This document shows, piece by piece, positions 28,171 to 36,870 of a stretch of DNA of 64,000 nucleotides (positions are counted from its first letter, which is position 1; each line of letters opens with the position of its first letter). The notes beneath the pieces are model-generated. The model was not told the origin of the DNA. It saw nothing but the letters and a program-made list of their open reading frames with translations, and did not search any database. The stretch is taken from contig CAYJNQ010000004.1 in assembly GCA_964371725.1 (NCBI GenBank), forward strand, positions 25,695-89,694. Reading direction: 5' to 3'. Position numbers and translations under genes: made by a program. The DNA is from an uncultured Oscillospiraceae bacterium (lineage in GTDB: Bacteria; Bacillota; Clostridia; Oscillospirales; Ruminococcaceae).

Positions 28171-29838
28171 CTATACGCGGAAATTGGAGGTGAGCTTTTG
28201 CAGGGTGTTTGCCTGCGCAAACAACTCTTCGCTTGTGGAGGCGCTTTGTTCACTGGCGGCGGCATTTGCCTGCACCACTTCCGTAATTTGACCCATATTC
28301 TGTGATATCTCACGCACAAGCTGCGCTTGCACCTCGCAGGCACCGGCAATTTCGTCGATGCGCGACAGCAGAGATTTTGAGGATTCATCCACCCGCCCAA
28401 AGGCATCGTAGGCATCGTTTGCAATGGTGGTGCCATGGTCCATCGTGTCCATCGTATTTTGAATCAGCACCGTGGTGTTGCGTGCAGCCTCGGTGGATTT
28501 TTGTGCCAAATTGCGCACCTCGTCTGCCACCACTGCAAAGCCCTTGCCGGCCGCACCGGCTCTGGCGGCTTCCACCGCTGCATTCAAGGCCAGAATATTC
28601 GTTTGGAAGGCAATTCCATCGATGGTTTCAATAATTTTTTGAATACCGGCGGCCGATTCCTGAATGTCCACCATGGCTTTTTGCATCTCTTGCATTTTGT
28701 CTGTGCTCTCCACAATTACACCATTCACCTGCTTGCCCAACGCACTGGCCTGCATGGCGTTTTGCTCGGTTTCCAAAACCTGTGTTTCCATAGATTGTAC
28801 AGAATCCGAAAGAATATCGGCAATGTGCGACTGTTCGGCAGAACCCTGGGCCATCTGCTGGGAGGTGGTGGCCACTTGCTCGGCACCACTTGTCACCATC
28901 TCGGCTGCGCTCTGAATGTCCAGGATGGTGGCGCTGATGGTGTGTATCAGTTGTGACAGCGATTGTTCAATGGATAAAAAATCACCCTCGTAACCCATGC
29001 CCATTTGCACAGAGAAATCCTGCCTAGACAGAGCCTCCATCTTGTCGTTTAAATCCTCGATCATATGTTGCAAAGAATTGGTAGACTGTTCCATAGACCG
29101 AGAGAATTCCCCCATTTCTTTTGTAACGCAGTTGGAGGTAAAGTTCAGGGAAGTTTGCCCTTGTGCAAGTTTTTGGCTTTCTTCTGTGAAGCGAACCATG
29201 GGACGAATCACTTCGCGACGCAAAAAGCGCAAAATGGAAACACAAATCATCAAAATAATCAACACTGCCAAAATGCAGGCCGCCACGGCAAGGCCCACCA
29301 CGATATCCAGCTCTGCCTCTCTTTGCACAATTTCTGCATTCACCAGTTCAATTTGGGCGTTCATCAAGTCGTTGATGATGTCTAAATTCGGCTGCACTTC
29401 CGAAACATAAATAGCCATTTTCCCCTCTGTGTCGCCCGTATCCAGCTCTAAAATCTTTGCAGCCGCCCCATGCAAATCAACATGCAGTTGATCAATTTGC
29501 TCAACAAACTCTGCATGAACTGGGTTGTTCCGCATTTCGTCCCCATGTAAAATTTGTCCCAAATTGCACTGTGTGGGATCGAGCTGCCCTGTGAAGGGTT
29601 CCCCGCTGCTAATAGAATACAGCAACTGCTCCACCCAAACATAATGCTCCAATGTAACCTGATACAACACGCTTTTTTCTTCGTTCGATTCGGCAACTTT
29701 GTCTTTGGTGTTTTGCACTTGTGTGATAACAAAGCCAACAAGGCTTAAAAGAAACACGATCGCACCCATAATCAGCACAAACCGTAAAATCACTGCCTTG
29801 GTTAAGGACATTCTTTTTTTTGTCGATGCATTGTTCAT
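28171..29838 (-). CDS. methyl-accepting chemotaxis protein (TM1 - ~140-aa extracytoplasmic helical sensor - TM2 - HAMP - signalling domain)
   Basis: Contains the conserved signalling hairpin [37 protein letters not shown] and two TM segments (about aa 16-38 and 178-200). Confidence 0.9.
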   Translation of the reverse strand: MNNASTKKRMSLTKAVILRFVLIMGAIVFLLSLVGFVITQVQNTKDKVAESNEEKSVLYQVTLEHYVWVEQLLYSISSGEPFTGQLDPTQCNLGQILHGDEMRNNPVHAEFVEQIDQLHVDLHGAAAKILELDTGDTEGKMAIYVSEVQPNLDIINDLMNAQIELVNAEIVQREAELDIVVGLAVAACILAVLIILMICVSILRFLRREVIRPMVRFTEESQKLAQGQTSLNFTSNCVTKEMGEFSRSMEQSTNSLQHMIEDLNDKMEALSRQDFSVQMGMGYEGDFLSIEQSLSQLIHTISATILDIQSAAEMVTSGAEQVATTSQQMAQGSAEQSHIADILSDSVQSMETQVLETEQNAMQASALGKQVNGVIVESTDKMQEMQKAMVDIQESAAGIQKIIETIDGIAFQTNILALNAAVEAARAGAAGKGFAVVADEVRNLAQKSTEAARNTTVLIQNTMDTMDHGTTIANDAYDAFGRVDESSKSLLSRIDEIAGACEVQAQLVREISQNMGQITEVVQANAAASEQSASTSEELFAQANTLQKLTSNFRV

Positions 29839-30032
29839 AACTCCACCCCTTCGTCCTCACACAGCACTTGTGTTCGGCACTTGTACTTTCAAGCAGCCGG
29901 ATATCCGCTTTCCAGCTTGATTTTACCACAAAATTTGTGAAATAGAAATAGAAAACGCCCTATTTTCCACCCCTTGTTTTGTTCTTAACTTCGTACACTT
30001 TGCCCAGGAAATACCCCGCTATTTTTCTGTTT

Positions 30033-30851
30033 TCACAATTCTTTCTTTTTGCGTGTCGGCACAAAGTTTTGTGCAATTGTGCGCTTATACCCCTTCGAGC
30101 GTGTATAGAAAAAGCCACACACAGAAAACACAAGTGCACCGATGAAGTTCACCATCATGTCTTTCATCGTATCGAAAAGACCGATGTCAAGGTAGCCCCC
30201 CACGCCCAAATCTTTACCGTTTAACTGCACTTCGCGGATATCCTCAATTGGCACCACGGTGTTGGTTTGAGTTGGGTCGAGCGTCACCGAATATAGGTCA
30301 TGGATGACCGTGTCTTTTTGCATATCCGTTTTAAAAAAAACGTCCATTCCAAATTCAAAAAACTCCCAAACCACCGCCACTGTCATAGAAAAACAAAATG
30401 CGGTTAAGGCCATGAAAATAGGCGACAGCTCGAAGCTGAGTTTATCGTTGTTGTTCAAAATCACCACCAATGAAAAGCCCACCGCTGCGGCTAAAAAACC
30501 ATTGATGGTGTGAAGCATGGTGTCCCACCCCGGAATTCTAACATAAAAGGCGTTGATTTCCCCCAAAATTTCCGCGGAAAAAATAAATAGAAAAATGGTA
30601 ATTTCCAAAGCCGGCGGAAGATCAATATTGGTTTTGCTTTGCAGCAAGCTTGGAACATAAAGCAATAGCAGTGTTAGCAGGCAAAAAAACACACTTTCGT
30701 AGTTGGCCAAAAAAAATTGTCTCACCATAACCACAAGAATAATCACTCTTAGTATGCTGAAAACGATGAAAGAGCTTCTATGTTCTCTGAGCTCCTTTTG
30801 AATTGATTGGCCAAATTTCGCAAACGAGGATTCTTTTCCTTTTTTTCTCAT
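30033..30851 (-). CDS. hypothetical integral membrane protein (about 6 TM, ~50-aa soluble insert)
   Basis: 272-aa ORF with a basic N-terminus and hydrophobic segments. I recognised no family motif with confidence. Confidence 0.55.
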   Translation of the reverse strand: MRKKGKESSFAKFGQSIQKELREHRSSFIVFSILRVIILVVMVRQFFLANYESVFFCLLTLLLLYVPSLLQSKTNIDLPPALEITIFLFIFSAEILGEINAFYVRIPGWDTMLHTINGFLAAAVGFSLVVILNNNDKLSFELSPIFMALTAFCFSMTVAVVWEFFEFGMDVFFKTDMQKDTVIHDLYSVTLDPTQTNTVVPIEDIREVQLNGKDLGVGGYLDIGLFDTMKDMMVNFIGALVFSVCGFFYTRSKGYKRTIAQNFVPTRKKKEL

Positions 30852-30993
30852 TTACCCTTTTCCCCTCTTGTATATTCTGTTTAAGAATATTATAATCGCG
30901 TTTTGCAAAAATGGCAACGGCCGAAGCAGGGCCACTTTTTCTGCAACTTTTGCCAGTGTGGTGTCGGCAATCCCTAGACAGCACCGACACCAT

Positions 30994-32226
30994 CTAGAGA
31001 ACGCCGGCCTTATACAATTCGATAAACTGCTTCGCGGCGCGTGGGCTGCGCCCACGCATACGCATTGCAAACGTTTCCGCAAGTTGTAAAATGCTTTGTG
31101 GGTCGTCCTCTATACCATATTGCTTTATCAGTGCGCGAAGTATGGTTTCAAACCGGTCTTTCTCCGGCGTAAAAAAACTTACAAGCAAACCAAAACGAGC
31201 TGCCAGGCTTAAAAGTTCTTGGCTCGTGTCGCCGGCGTGCACTTCATCCCCCGTGCGATCGCTCCACAGTTCTTTGATTAGATGGCGGCGGTTCGAGGTT
31301 GCATACACCACAACATTTGCACTGCGCGCGCAAACACCCCCTTCTAAGATGGCTTTTAAGGCTGAAAAATTGTCATCGTTCTTGGAAAAACTCAAATCAT
31401 CAATGAACAAGATGAATTTAAGAGGATTTTCCGCAAGCTGCTCTACCAGTTTCGGAATTTGGTACAGCTGGTTTTTTTTCACTTCAACGAGCCGCAGGCC
31501 ATCCTTTGCAAAATCGTTTGCAATTGCTTTTACGGCAGAGGATTTGCCCGTACCTGCATCTCCATAGAGCAAAACATTGTTGGCCGGCAACCCGCAGAGC
31601 AAAGCTTTTGTGTTGGCCACAATTTGTTCACGCTCTTTCTCGTAGCCGGGCAAGTTTGACAAAGTTTGTGTGTCCGGATATTTCACAGGCGACAAAGCAC
31701 CATTTTCCAGCGTGAATACATTGTATTTCGCAAAAACACCCACCCCTTTTTGGGATAGATTTGCAACGCGCTCAAAATATATTTTTGTGAAGTTTACGGC
31801 TTTGGTTTCCCATTTCGGCAAAAAATCGAATCGATTCAACACCAAACCTTTGCACAACTCTTGCAAAAGCTGTTCCTGCGTAACCCCACCAAGCTCTTGC
31901 AAAAATATCAATTCCTGCCTTAAACACTCCTCAAGAAAAGAATTCACCTCTTTGCTCGCCACTCTGCGAAGGTAACTATTTTCACAATCAAGCGTGGCAC
32001 TCAGCAAATACTCTGTCCAGTTTGTGGTGTTTTGAAACAAACACCATTCAAAATCGGCCAATTTGGGCACAAGATTCTCCTCGTTTGCTGCCGCATTCAA
32101 AACCTGAACGAGTTTATGCACAACCTCATCTTCCAGCAACTTCCGAAACACAACCAAACCTGTAAGACGGTCTCTCCATTCCGTTCGTGTCATTATCTCA
32201 ACATCCTTTCTATAAAATATTGCCAT
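30994..32226 (-). CDS. DUF815-type AAA/P-loop ATPase
   Basis: Walker A LLYGDAGTGKSSAVKAI and Walker B FILFIDDLSF. An alternative start at ATG 32193 (MTRTEW...) has the better SD. Confidence 0.8.
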   Translation of the reverse strand: MAIFYRKDVEIMTRTEWRDRLTGLVVFRKLLEDEVVHKLVQVLNAAANEENLVPKLADFEWCLFQNTTNWTEYLLSATLDCENSYLRRVASKEVNSFLEECLRQELIFLQELGGVTQEQLLQELCKGLVLNRFDFLPKWETKAVNFTKIYFERVANLSQKGVGVFAKYNVFTLENGALSPVKYPDTQTLSNLPGYEKEREQIVANTKALLCGLPANNVLLYGDAGTGKSSAVKAIANDFAKDGLRLVEVKKNQLYQIPKLVEQLAENPLKFILFIDDLSFSKNDDNFSALKAILEGGVCARSANVVVYATSNRRHLIKELWSDRTGDEVHAGDTSQELLSLAARFGLLVSFFTPEKDRFETILRALIKQYGIEDDPQSILQLAETFAMRMRGRSPRAAKQFIELYKAGVL

Positions 32227-32283
32227 TTGTTCAATTTTTATGTATAATTTTATGTATCACATAAAATTCGAGGTGGTGGTCCT

Positions 32284-32760
32284 TTGCGGTTTCAATGGAA
32301 GACAATTGTGATACCATGCCTTTTGTTCCTTGCCTGGCAAATTATGAACGAAAGTTTCACGCCGGTTGGTGTGCTTGTTGGGGTGGCTGTAACCGCTTTT
32401 TGCCTGTACACAACCAATGCCTTGCTGGGCATTCGCTATACCGAGACCTATTTTCTACCGCCCCTTCCCTTTGCACGCTATCTTCTGTTTCTTGTAAAAG
32501 AAATTTATCGAAACGGCATCCTCTCGGCTATTTTGATTGTGAAAGGCAAAGTAGGGGCAGAATTTCTTCATGTGGAAATTGACAAAAGCCTGCAAAACCC
32601 ATTTTTACATACCGTTTTAGCGGCATCTGTAACCCTGACACCCGGCACAATTTCCATTGAAAGCAAAGACGGTTTTCTAAGGGTTCTTTCCATGCACCAC
32701 AATGAAAAAGAGCCCTGCAAAGCCTTGGAAACACAGTTGACCAAACTTGAAAAAAATTAA
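32284..32760 (+). CDS. mrpE: Mrp/Mnh-type cation:proton antiporter subunit E (MbhA-like)
   Basis: TTG start after GAGGTGGTGG. The pattern ...EIYRNGILSAILIV...VTLTPGTISIE... matches MnhE. Confidence 0.8.
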   Translation: MRFQWKTIVIPCLLFLAWQIMNESFTPVGVLVGVAVTAFCLYTTNALLGIRYTETYFLPPLPFARYLLFLVKEIYRNGILSAILIVKGKVGAEFLHVEIDKSLQNPFLHTVLAASVTLTPGTISIESKDGFLRVLSMHHNEKEPCKALETQLTKLEKN

Positions 32761-32775
32761 TGATAAGGAGCTTTT

Positions 32776-33030
32776 ATGTTTATCCATGCCGCCATTCTGT
32801 TCCTCCTGGTTGCCGCCCTTTTCAGCGGATATCGCATCATCAGAGGCCCCTCTGTATGGGACCGACTTCTTGGTTTTTCCCTCTTATCCAGCAAAATCAT
32901 CCTTGTCATCATCTTGTATTCTTTTGAAAGTGGCCACTCTTACTATCTCGACATCGGTCTCACTTTCGCCTTGCTCAGCTTTGTGGGAACCACATCTATC
33001 TCAAAATTTTTGCGCAAAGCAAAAAAATAA
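32776..33030 (+). CDS. mrpF: Mrp subunit F (MbhB-like)
   Basis: 84 aa, 3 TM, with a YRIIRGPSVWDRLLG motif. Confidence 0.8.
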   Translation: MFIHAAILFLLVAALFSGYRIIRGPSVWDRLLGFSLLSSKIILVIILYSFESGHSYYLDIGLTFALLSFVGTTSISKFLRKAKK

Positions 33031-33039
33031 GGAGCGCTT

Positions 33040-33348
33040 ATGCAACTGATTGCCTATCTTTTCATTTCCATCGGCCTTATTTTCATCGGCATTGGCTTGC
33101 TTGGTGTTTTTCGCTTTCACAATTTTTATGCGCGCTTGCTTTCCGCCGCCGACATCGATACGGTTGGTTTGCTCACCATACTCATCGGTGTTGCCTTTTT
33201 AAGCGGTTTCAGCTGGTTTACCCTCAAGGTGATTTTCATCATGGTTGTCATCTTGATTGTGAACCCGATTGTCACATCTTCCATTGCGGCTTCGGCCTAT
33301 TTTTCAGGGTATGAGCCGGAAAAGGAGGTGCACCATGACCGCCGATAA
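33040..33348 (+). CDS. mrpG: Mrp subunit G (MbhC-like)
   Basis: 102 aa, 3 TM, with an MnhG-like GVFRFHNFYARLLSAADIDTVG region. Confidence 0.8.
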   Translation: MQLIAYLFISIGLIFIGIGLLGVFRFHNFYARLLSAADIDTVGLLTILIGVAFLSGFSWFTLKVIFIMVVILIVNPIVTSSIAASAYFSGYEPEKEVHHDRR

Positions 33349-33883
33349 ACTCATTTTCATCTTCATGATTCTCATCGCGCTTTTTATTGTTGGCAGCCGA
33401 AATTATAAGCGCATCATCATTGCTCTCGGGGCCTTTTCGCTACTGGCCTCGTTTTGCTATCTTCTTTACCATGCACCGGACGTAGCCATTGCCGAAGCGG
33501 TTATCGGCAGTGCTCTTTCCACCATTTTATTCATTGTTGCGCTAAAAAAACACAGAACATTTTATATTTACTTCACAGGGGGCTCTCAAAAAAACAAAGG
33601 TGAAGCCAAACTGCGCGCCGAAACCAAGGACGTTGCCTCGAAAATAATGCAGTATCTTGTCAACCATGATTTGGAGGCACAGACCATGTATACCAGAGAA
33701 GAACCCGAAACAATTGCAAAGGAACATCTTTTTGATTTGATTTTGCACAGTGAAAACGAACAAATCACTCTGTACGGCTCGAAAGCTGAACTGCATGTGC
33801 TGGCCATCCAAAAACTTTTGGCTGCAAACTTTGGCGAAGAACGAGTTGTTTTTGTGAATGTTTCCGATGAGGGTTCCTTATGA
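33335..33883 (+). CDS. DUF4040 / MnhB-N-terminal-type subunit (MbhE-like) with ~100-aa soluble C-terminal extension
   Basis: AAAGGAGGTG SD before ATG 33335. The N-terminal ~75 aa are hydrophobic (LLYHAPDVAIAEAVIG motif); the remainder is hydrophilic. Confidence 0.65.
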   Translation: MTADKLIFIFMILIALFIVGSRNYKRIIIALGAFSLLASFCYLLYHAPDVAIAEAVIGSALSTILFIVALKKHRTFYIYFTGGSQKNKGEAKLRAETKDVASKIMQYLVNHDLEAQTMYTREEPETIAKEHLFDLILHSENEQITLYGSKAELHVLAIQKLLAANFGEERVVFVNVSDEGSL

Positions 33884-34548
33884 AAAGTATGCGCATCATT
33901 GGGTTTTCGCTCGCTTTTTTTGCCGCTGCACTCACTTTGTATCTTTCTTTACCCACAGCGGCAACGCCGTCGCCCGCCCTATTTGAAGCCGTGATGGAGA
34001 ACCATGTTGCCGACACCCATGCGGGCAATGCGGTGGCCTCTGTTTATTTGCACTACCGCATTTTTGACACCGTTTTTGAAGCTTTGATGCTTTTGGTAAG
34101 CGTAATGGGCGTCATCCATTTTTCACGCCATGAGCACGGGGTACCCCCACCAATTCCCGCTGCACCTTCGGGCCAACGCTCCCCTTTAAGCATCATCGGC
34201 TTAATTCTTCCCATCATCATGATGCTTGGCATTTACCTCATTGCAAACGGGCACAACACACCCGGCGGCGGTTTTCAAGGTGGCGCAGCTCTTTCGGCAG
34301 TTTTCATCTGCGTGTATTTGATAAACCCGCACAAAACAATTCGTTGGCATAGTTACGAACGCCTTGAAAAACTGTTGTTTTTGGCGCTGGCCCTGCTCGC
34401 CATCGGCTTTGCGGCCTCGGGCTTGTATATAAGCTGGCCCGCATACAATGTGTTCTATTTGGTTACCATGAATGTGTTCATCGGAATCAAGGTGTTTTGC
34501 GGGCTTACACTGGTATTTTATCGTTTTGTGCACTATGAAGACACCTAG
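33880..34548 (+). CDS. mrpB: Mrp subunit B (MbhF-like)
   Basis: NAVASVYLHYRIFDTVFEA and PGGGFQGGA hallmarks. Confidence 0.8.
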   Translation: MKSMRIIGFSLAFFAAALTLYLSLPTAATPSPALFEAVMENHVADTHAGNAVASVYLHYRIFDTVFEALMLLVSVMGVIHFSRHEHGVPPPIPAAPSGQRSPLSIIGLILPIIMMLGIYLIANGHNTPGGGFQGGAALSAVFICVYLINPHKTIRWHSYERLEKLLFLALALLAIGFAASGLYISWPAYNVFYLVTMNVFIGIKVFCGLTLVFYRFVHYEDT

Positions 34549-34575
34549 CGCAAAACAGAACCAAAAGGAGGCATT

Positions 34576-34926
34576 ATGGAGCTTTTAAATGGAGAAACGG
34601 TCTCTGTGGTCTTGTTTTTCATTGGCATTGCCGGCATATTCAGCAGCCGCCGCATCTTAAAAACCATCGTTTGCATCGGCATCATGGAGGTGGCCGCCAT
34701 CACCTTTTTTCTCACAATGTTTGCCTCCACAGAAGATACCGCGCCCATCGATGCCGGCACTGCAGCCGTGGCCGACCCCTTGCCCCAGGCTTTGATGATA
34801 ACGGCCATTGTTATTGGTGTTGCCGTCACTGCCATCGCACTTTGTATGTTCATCAACCTCTACCACCTATATGGAAATTCCAACTGGGTGGCAATCCACC
34901 AAAAAAGAATGGATAACGATTCATGA
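34576..34926 (+). CDS. mrpC: Mrp subunit C (NuoK-like, MbhG-like)
   Basis: 116 aa, 3 TM, with a NuoK/MnhC-like pattern including a membrane Glu (GIMEVAA). Confidence 0.85.
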   Translation: MELLNGETVSVVLFFIGIAGIFSSRRILKTIVCIGIMEVAAITFFLTMFASTEDTAPIDAGTAAVADPLPQALMITAIVIGVAVTAIALCMFINLYHLYGNSNWVAIHQKRMDNDS

Positions 34927-36506
34927 CGAACCTATATTTTGTCGTCGTTCCGGTTCTTTGTGCTGTGCTATGCTACTCTATTCCCAAATTCCCACTTAGG
35001 CTGTTTGCCATTTTGGTGGAGCTGGGTCTTTTCGTCTATTTCCTTTTTGTTTTTGTGCGTGTGGTGAACGAGGGAACCCTCACCGACCTATTGGGGGCAC
35101 AAAACCCGATACTGGGTATTTCACTCGTTGCAAACCGGTATACACTGGCACTTGTGGGGCTTTGCATCTTTCTGTTTTCCGCCTGTTTTCTTTACACGAT
35201 GCATGAGGCATTTTTTGATGCAAAGTTTGTGATGTTGTTTTTGATACTGCAAGGCTTGCTGTGTGGTGTATTTTTAAGCGATGATTTGTTCAGTCTCTTT
35301 GTTTTGCTGGAAGTGGCCACCGTGGTGGTAGCCATTTTGATTATGTATAAGCGGGATATGCGCTCTGTGTACGACGGCATGGTCTATTTGCTCTCTCAAG
35401 TTATCTGTATGTTGTTTTACCTATTCGGCATTGGATATCTTTACAAAATATTCGGTGTTCTCTCCATTTCCGAAATCGCAACCAGGATGCCCCATACAGA
35501 TCCAGATGCTTTGCTCACACCCTTCGCCTTTATCATGACGGCCATTTGTTTGAAAAGTGCCTTTTTCCCCCTGTTCAGCTGGTTGCCTCGCGCCCATGCC
35601 ACACCCAGTGCTCCCTCTGCCATATCGGCCATTTTATCGGGGTTGTATGTCAAAAACGGAATTTATCTTTTCTTTGTATTCATCACATTGTTTGCACCCG
35701 TTGCCAACGATACTCCATTTTTCATTGTGGTGTCTGCCTGCACGGCCATTGTCGGTTTTGTGATGGCACTTTCCCAAACCGACATCAAATTGATCTTGGC
35801 CTTTCACACCATTTCCCAAATCGGTTTGATAGCCCTGGGCCTTACCGTTCAAAGCGAACTTTCCACCTATGGCGCCTTGTACCATATCCTTTGCCATGCA
35901 CTTTTCAAATCACTGCTGTTTTTGGCCGCAGGCATGGTGATAAAACAGTATAAGACACGGGACATCCGCAAGATCCGCGGGGTTTTTAAAACCATGCCGT
36001 TCACAGGATTTGCCATGATTTTGGGCATTCTCGGCATCAGCGGGGCACCGTTTTTCAATGCCTCTGTTTCCAAATACTTCATGCAATACGGCGTGAAGGA
36101 CAGCCCTTTTGAAACACTGTTTCTTTTCATCAGTTTTGGAACCATTCTCTCCTTTGTAAAATATGCACATATGTTGTTAGGGCCGGGGCAAGCACGCATA
36201 GAACAGAGTAGGCAAAAGAAATTTGTGCTGCTTGTTTTGGGCTTTGCCTGCCTTTTGGGCGGCGTATTTGGAACGCTGTTTATGAACCTTTTGTTTGACA
36301 CCACCTTGCACATAAGCCCTCTCTCGTATGCCGAAAAAAGCCTTGTCTACCTGGTTAGTGTTCTGCTTGCCTTTGCGCTTTACCGGCTTGTTCTATGCAA
36401 AAGCAAAAAACTGTATGCGCTGCGCAAAATTTCTTTTCACTTCCAGCAAATTGTCATGGCAATTTTGGGGTTTTACCTGGTTTTGCTCAGCTGTCTTCGC
36501 CTGTAA
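34923..36506 (+). CDS. mrpD: Mrp subunit D (NuoN/NuoM-like proton-conducting antiporter subunit, MbhH-like)
   Basis: 527 aa and about 14 TM, with Proton_antipo_M-type motifs (LLEVATVV, HATPSAPSAISAILSG, HALFKSLLFL). Confidence 0.85.
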   Translation: MTNLYFVVVPVLCAVLCYSIPKFPLRLFAILVELGLFVYFLFVFVRVVNEGTLTDLLGAQNPILGISLVANRYTLALVGLCIFLFSACFLYTMHEAFFDAKFVMLFLILQGLLCGVFLSDDLFSLFVLLEVATVVVAILIMYKRDMRSVYDGMVYLLSQVICMLFYLFGIGYLYKIFGVLSISEIATRMPHTDPDALLTPFAFIMTAICLKSAFFPLFSWLPRAHATPSAPSAISAILSGLYVKNGIYLFFVFITLFAPVANDTPFFIVVSACTAIVGFVMALSQTDIKLILAFHTISQIGLIALGLTVQSELSTYGALYHILCHALFKSLLFLAAGMVIKQYKTRDIRKIRGVFKTMPFTGFAMILGILGISGAPFFNASVSKYFMQYGVKDSPFETLFLFISFGTILSFVKYAHMLLGPGQARIEQSRQKKFVLLVLGFACLLGGVFGTLFMNLLFDTTLHISPLSYAEKSLVYLVSVLLAFALYRLVLCKSKKLYALRKISFHFQQIVMAILGFYLVLLSCLRL

Positions 36507-36870
36507 TTGCGGCGGGCACCACCCTTTCCATGCTGCGTGTGGTCACACAATTTGCTCCGGTTCCCAGCACATCTTCAAGCACAATGTCCCCACTGCACAC
36601 CGGTGCTTTCAAACACAGCGCGTGCAACTCAGCCGCAGCCTTTCGCAGCAGGCCTTTGTCAATGGCTTTTGTCAGCTTAACCGGGCAGCGTCGGTGCAAC
36701 GCTCCCTCAATGCACACTGTGGCCGTCAATACACGCACGGGATGCATCACTTCTTCTTTTCCATAAACGGCGCCGCGCTCGCAGCCGTGCCCACTCACAG
36801 CAAAACCGGGGGCATCCTCCACCGAAAGCGTGCACCCTTTAGGGCACACAATGCACACAAGTTTTGTCAT
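36487..36870 (-). CDS. DUF1667 domain protein (Cys-rich small subunit of the GlpA-like cluster)
   Basis: MTKLVCIVCPKGCTLSV...GHGCERG. It overlaps the stop of the upstream oxidoreductase (ATGA type). Confidence 0.8.
   Translation of the reverse strand: MTKLVCIVCPKGCTLSVEDAPGFAVSGHGCERGAVYGKEEVMHPVRVLTATVCIEGALHRRCPVKLTKAIDKGLLRKAAAELHALCLKAPVCSGDIVLEDVLGTGANCVTTRSMERVVPAAITGEDS

Noticed and set aside
29897-29930. SigD/FliA-type promoter upstream of the chemoreceptor gene (TAAA ... GCGGATAT on the minus strand).
   Set aside because: The spacer is 13 nt to the GCGGATAT octamer, against the expected ~15 nt, and the -10 element matches only 6 of 8 positions. An extended -10 sigma-A-type box (TGGTAAAAT) in the same place is an equally good explanation.
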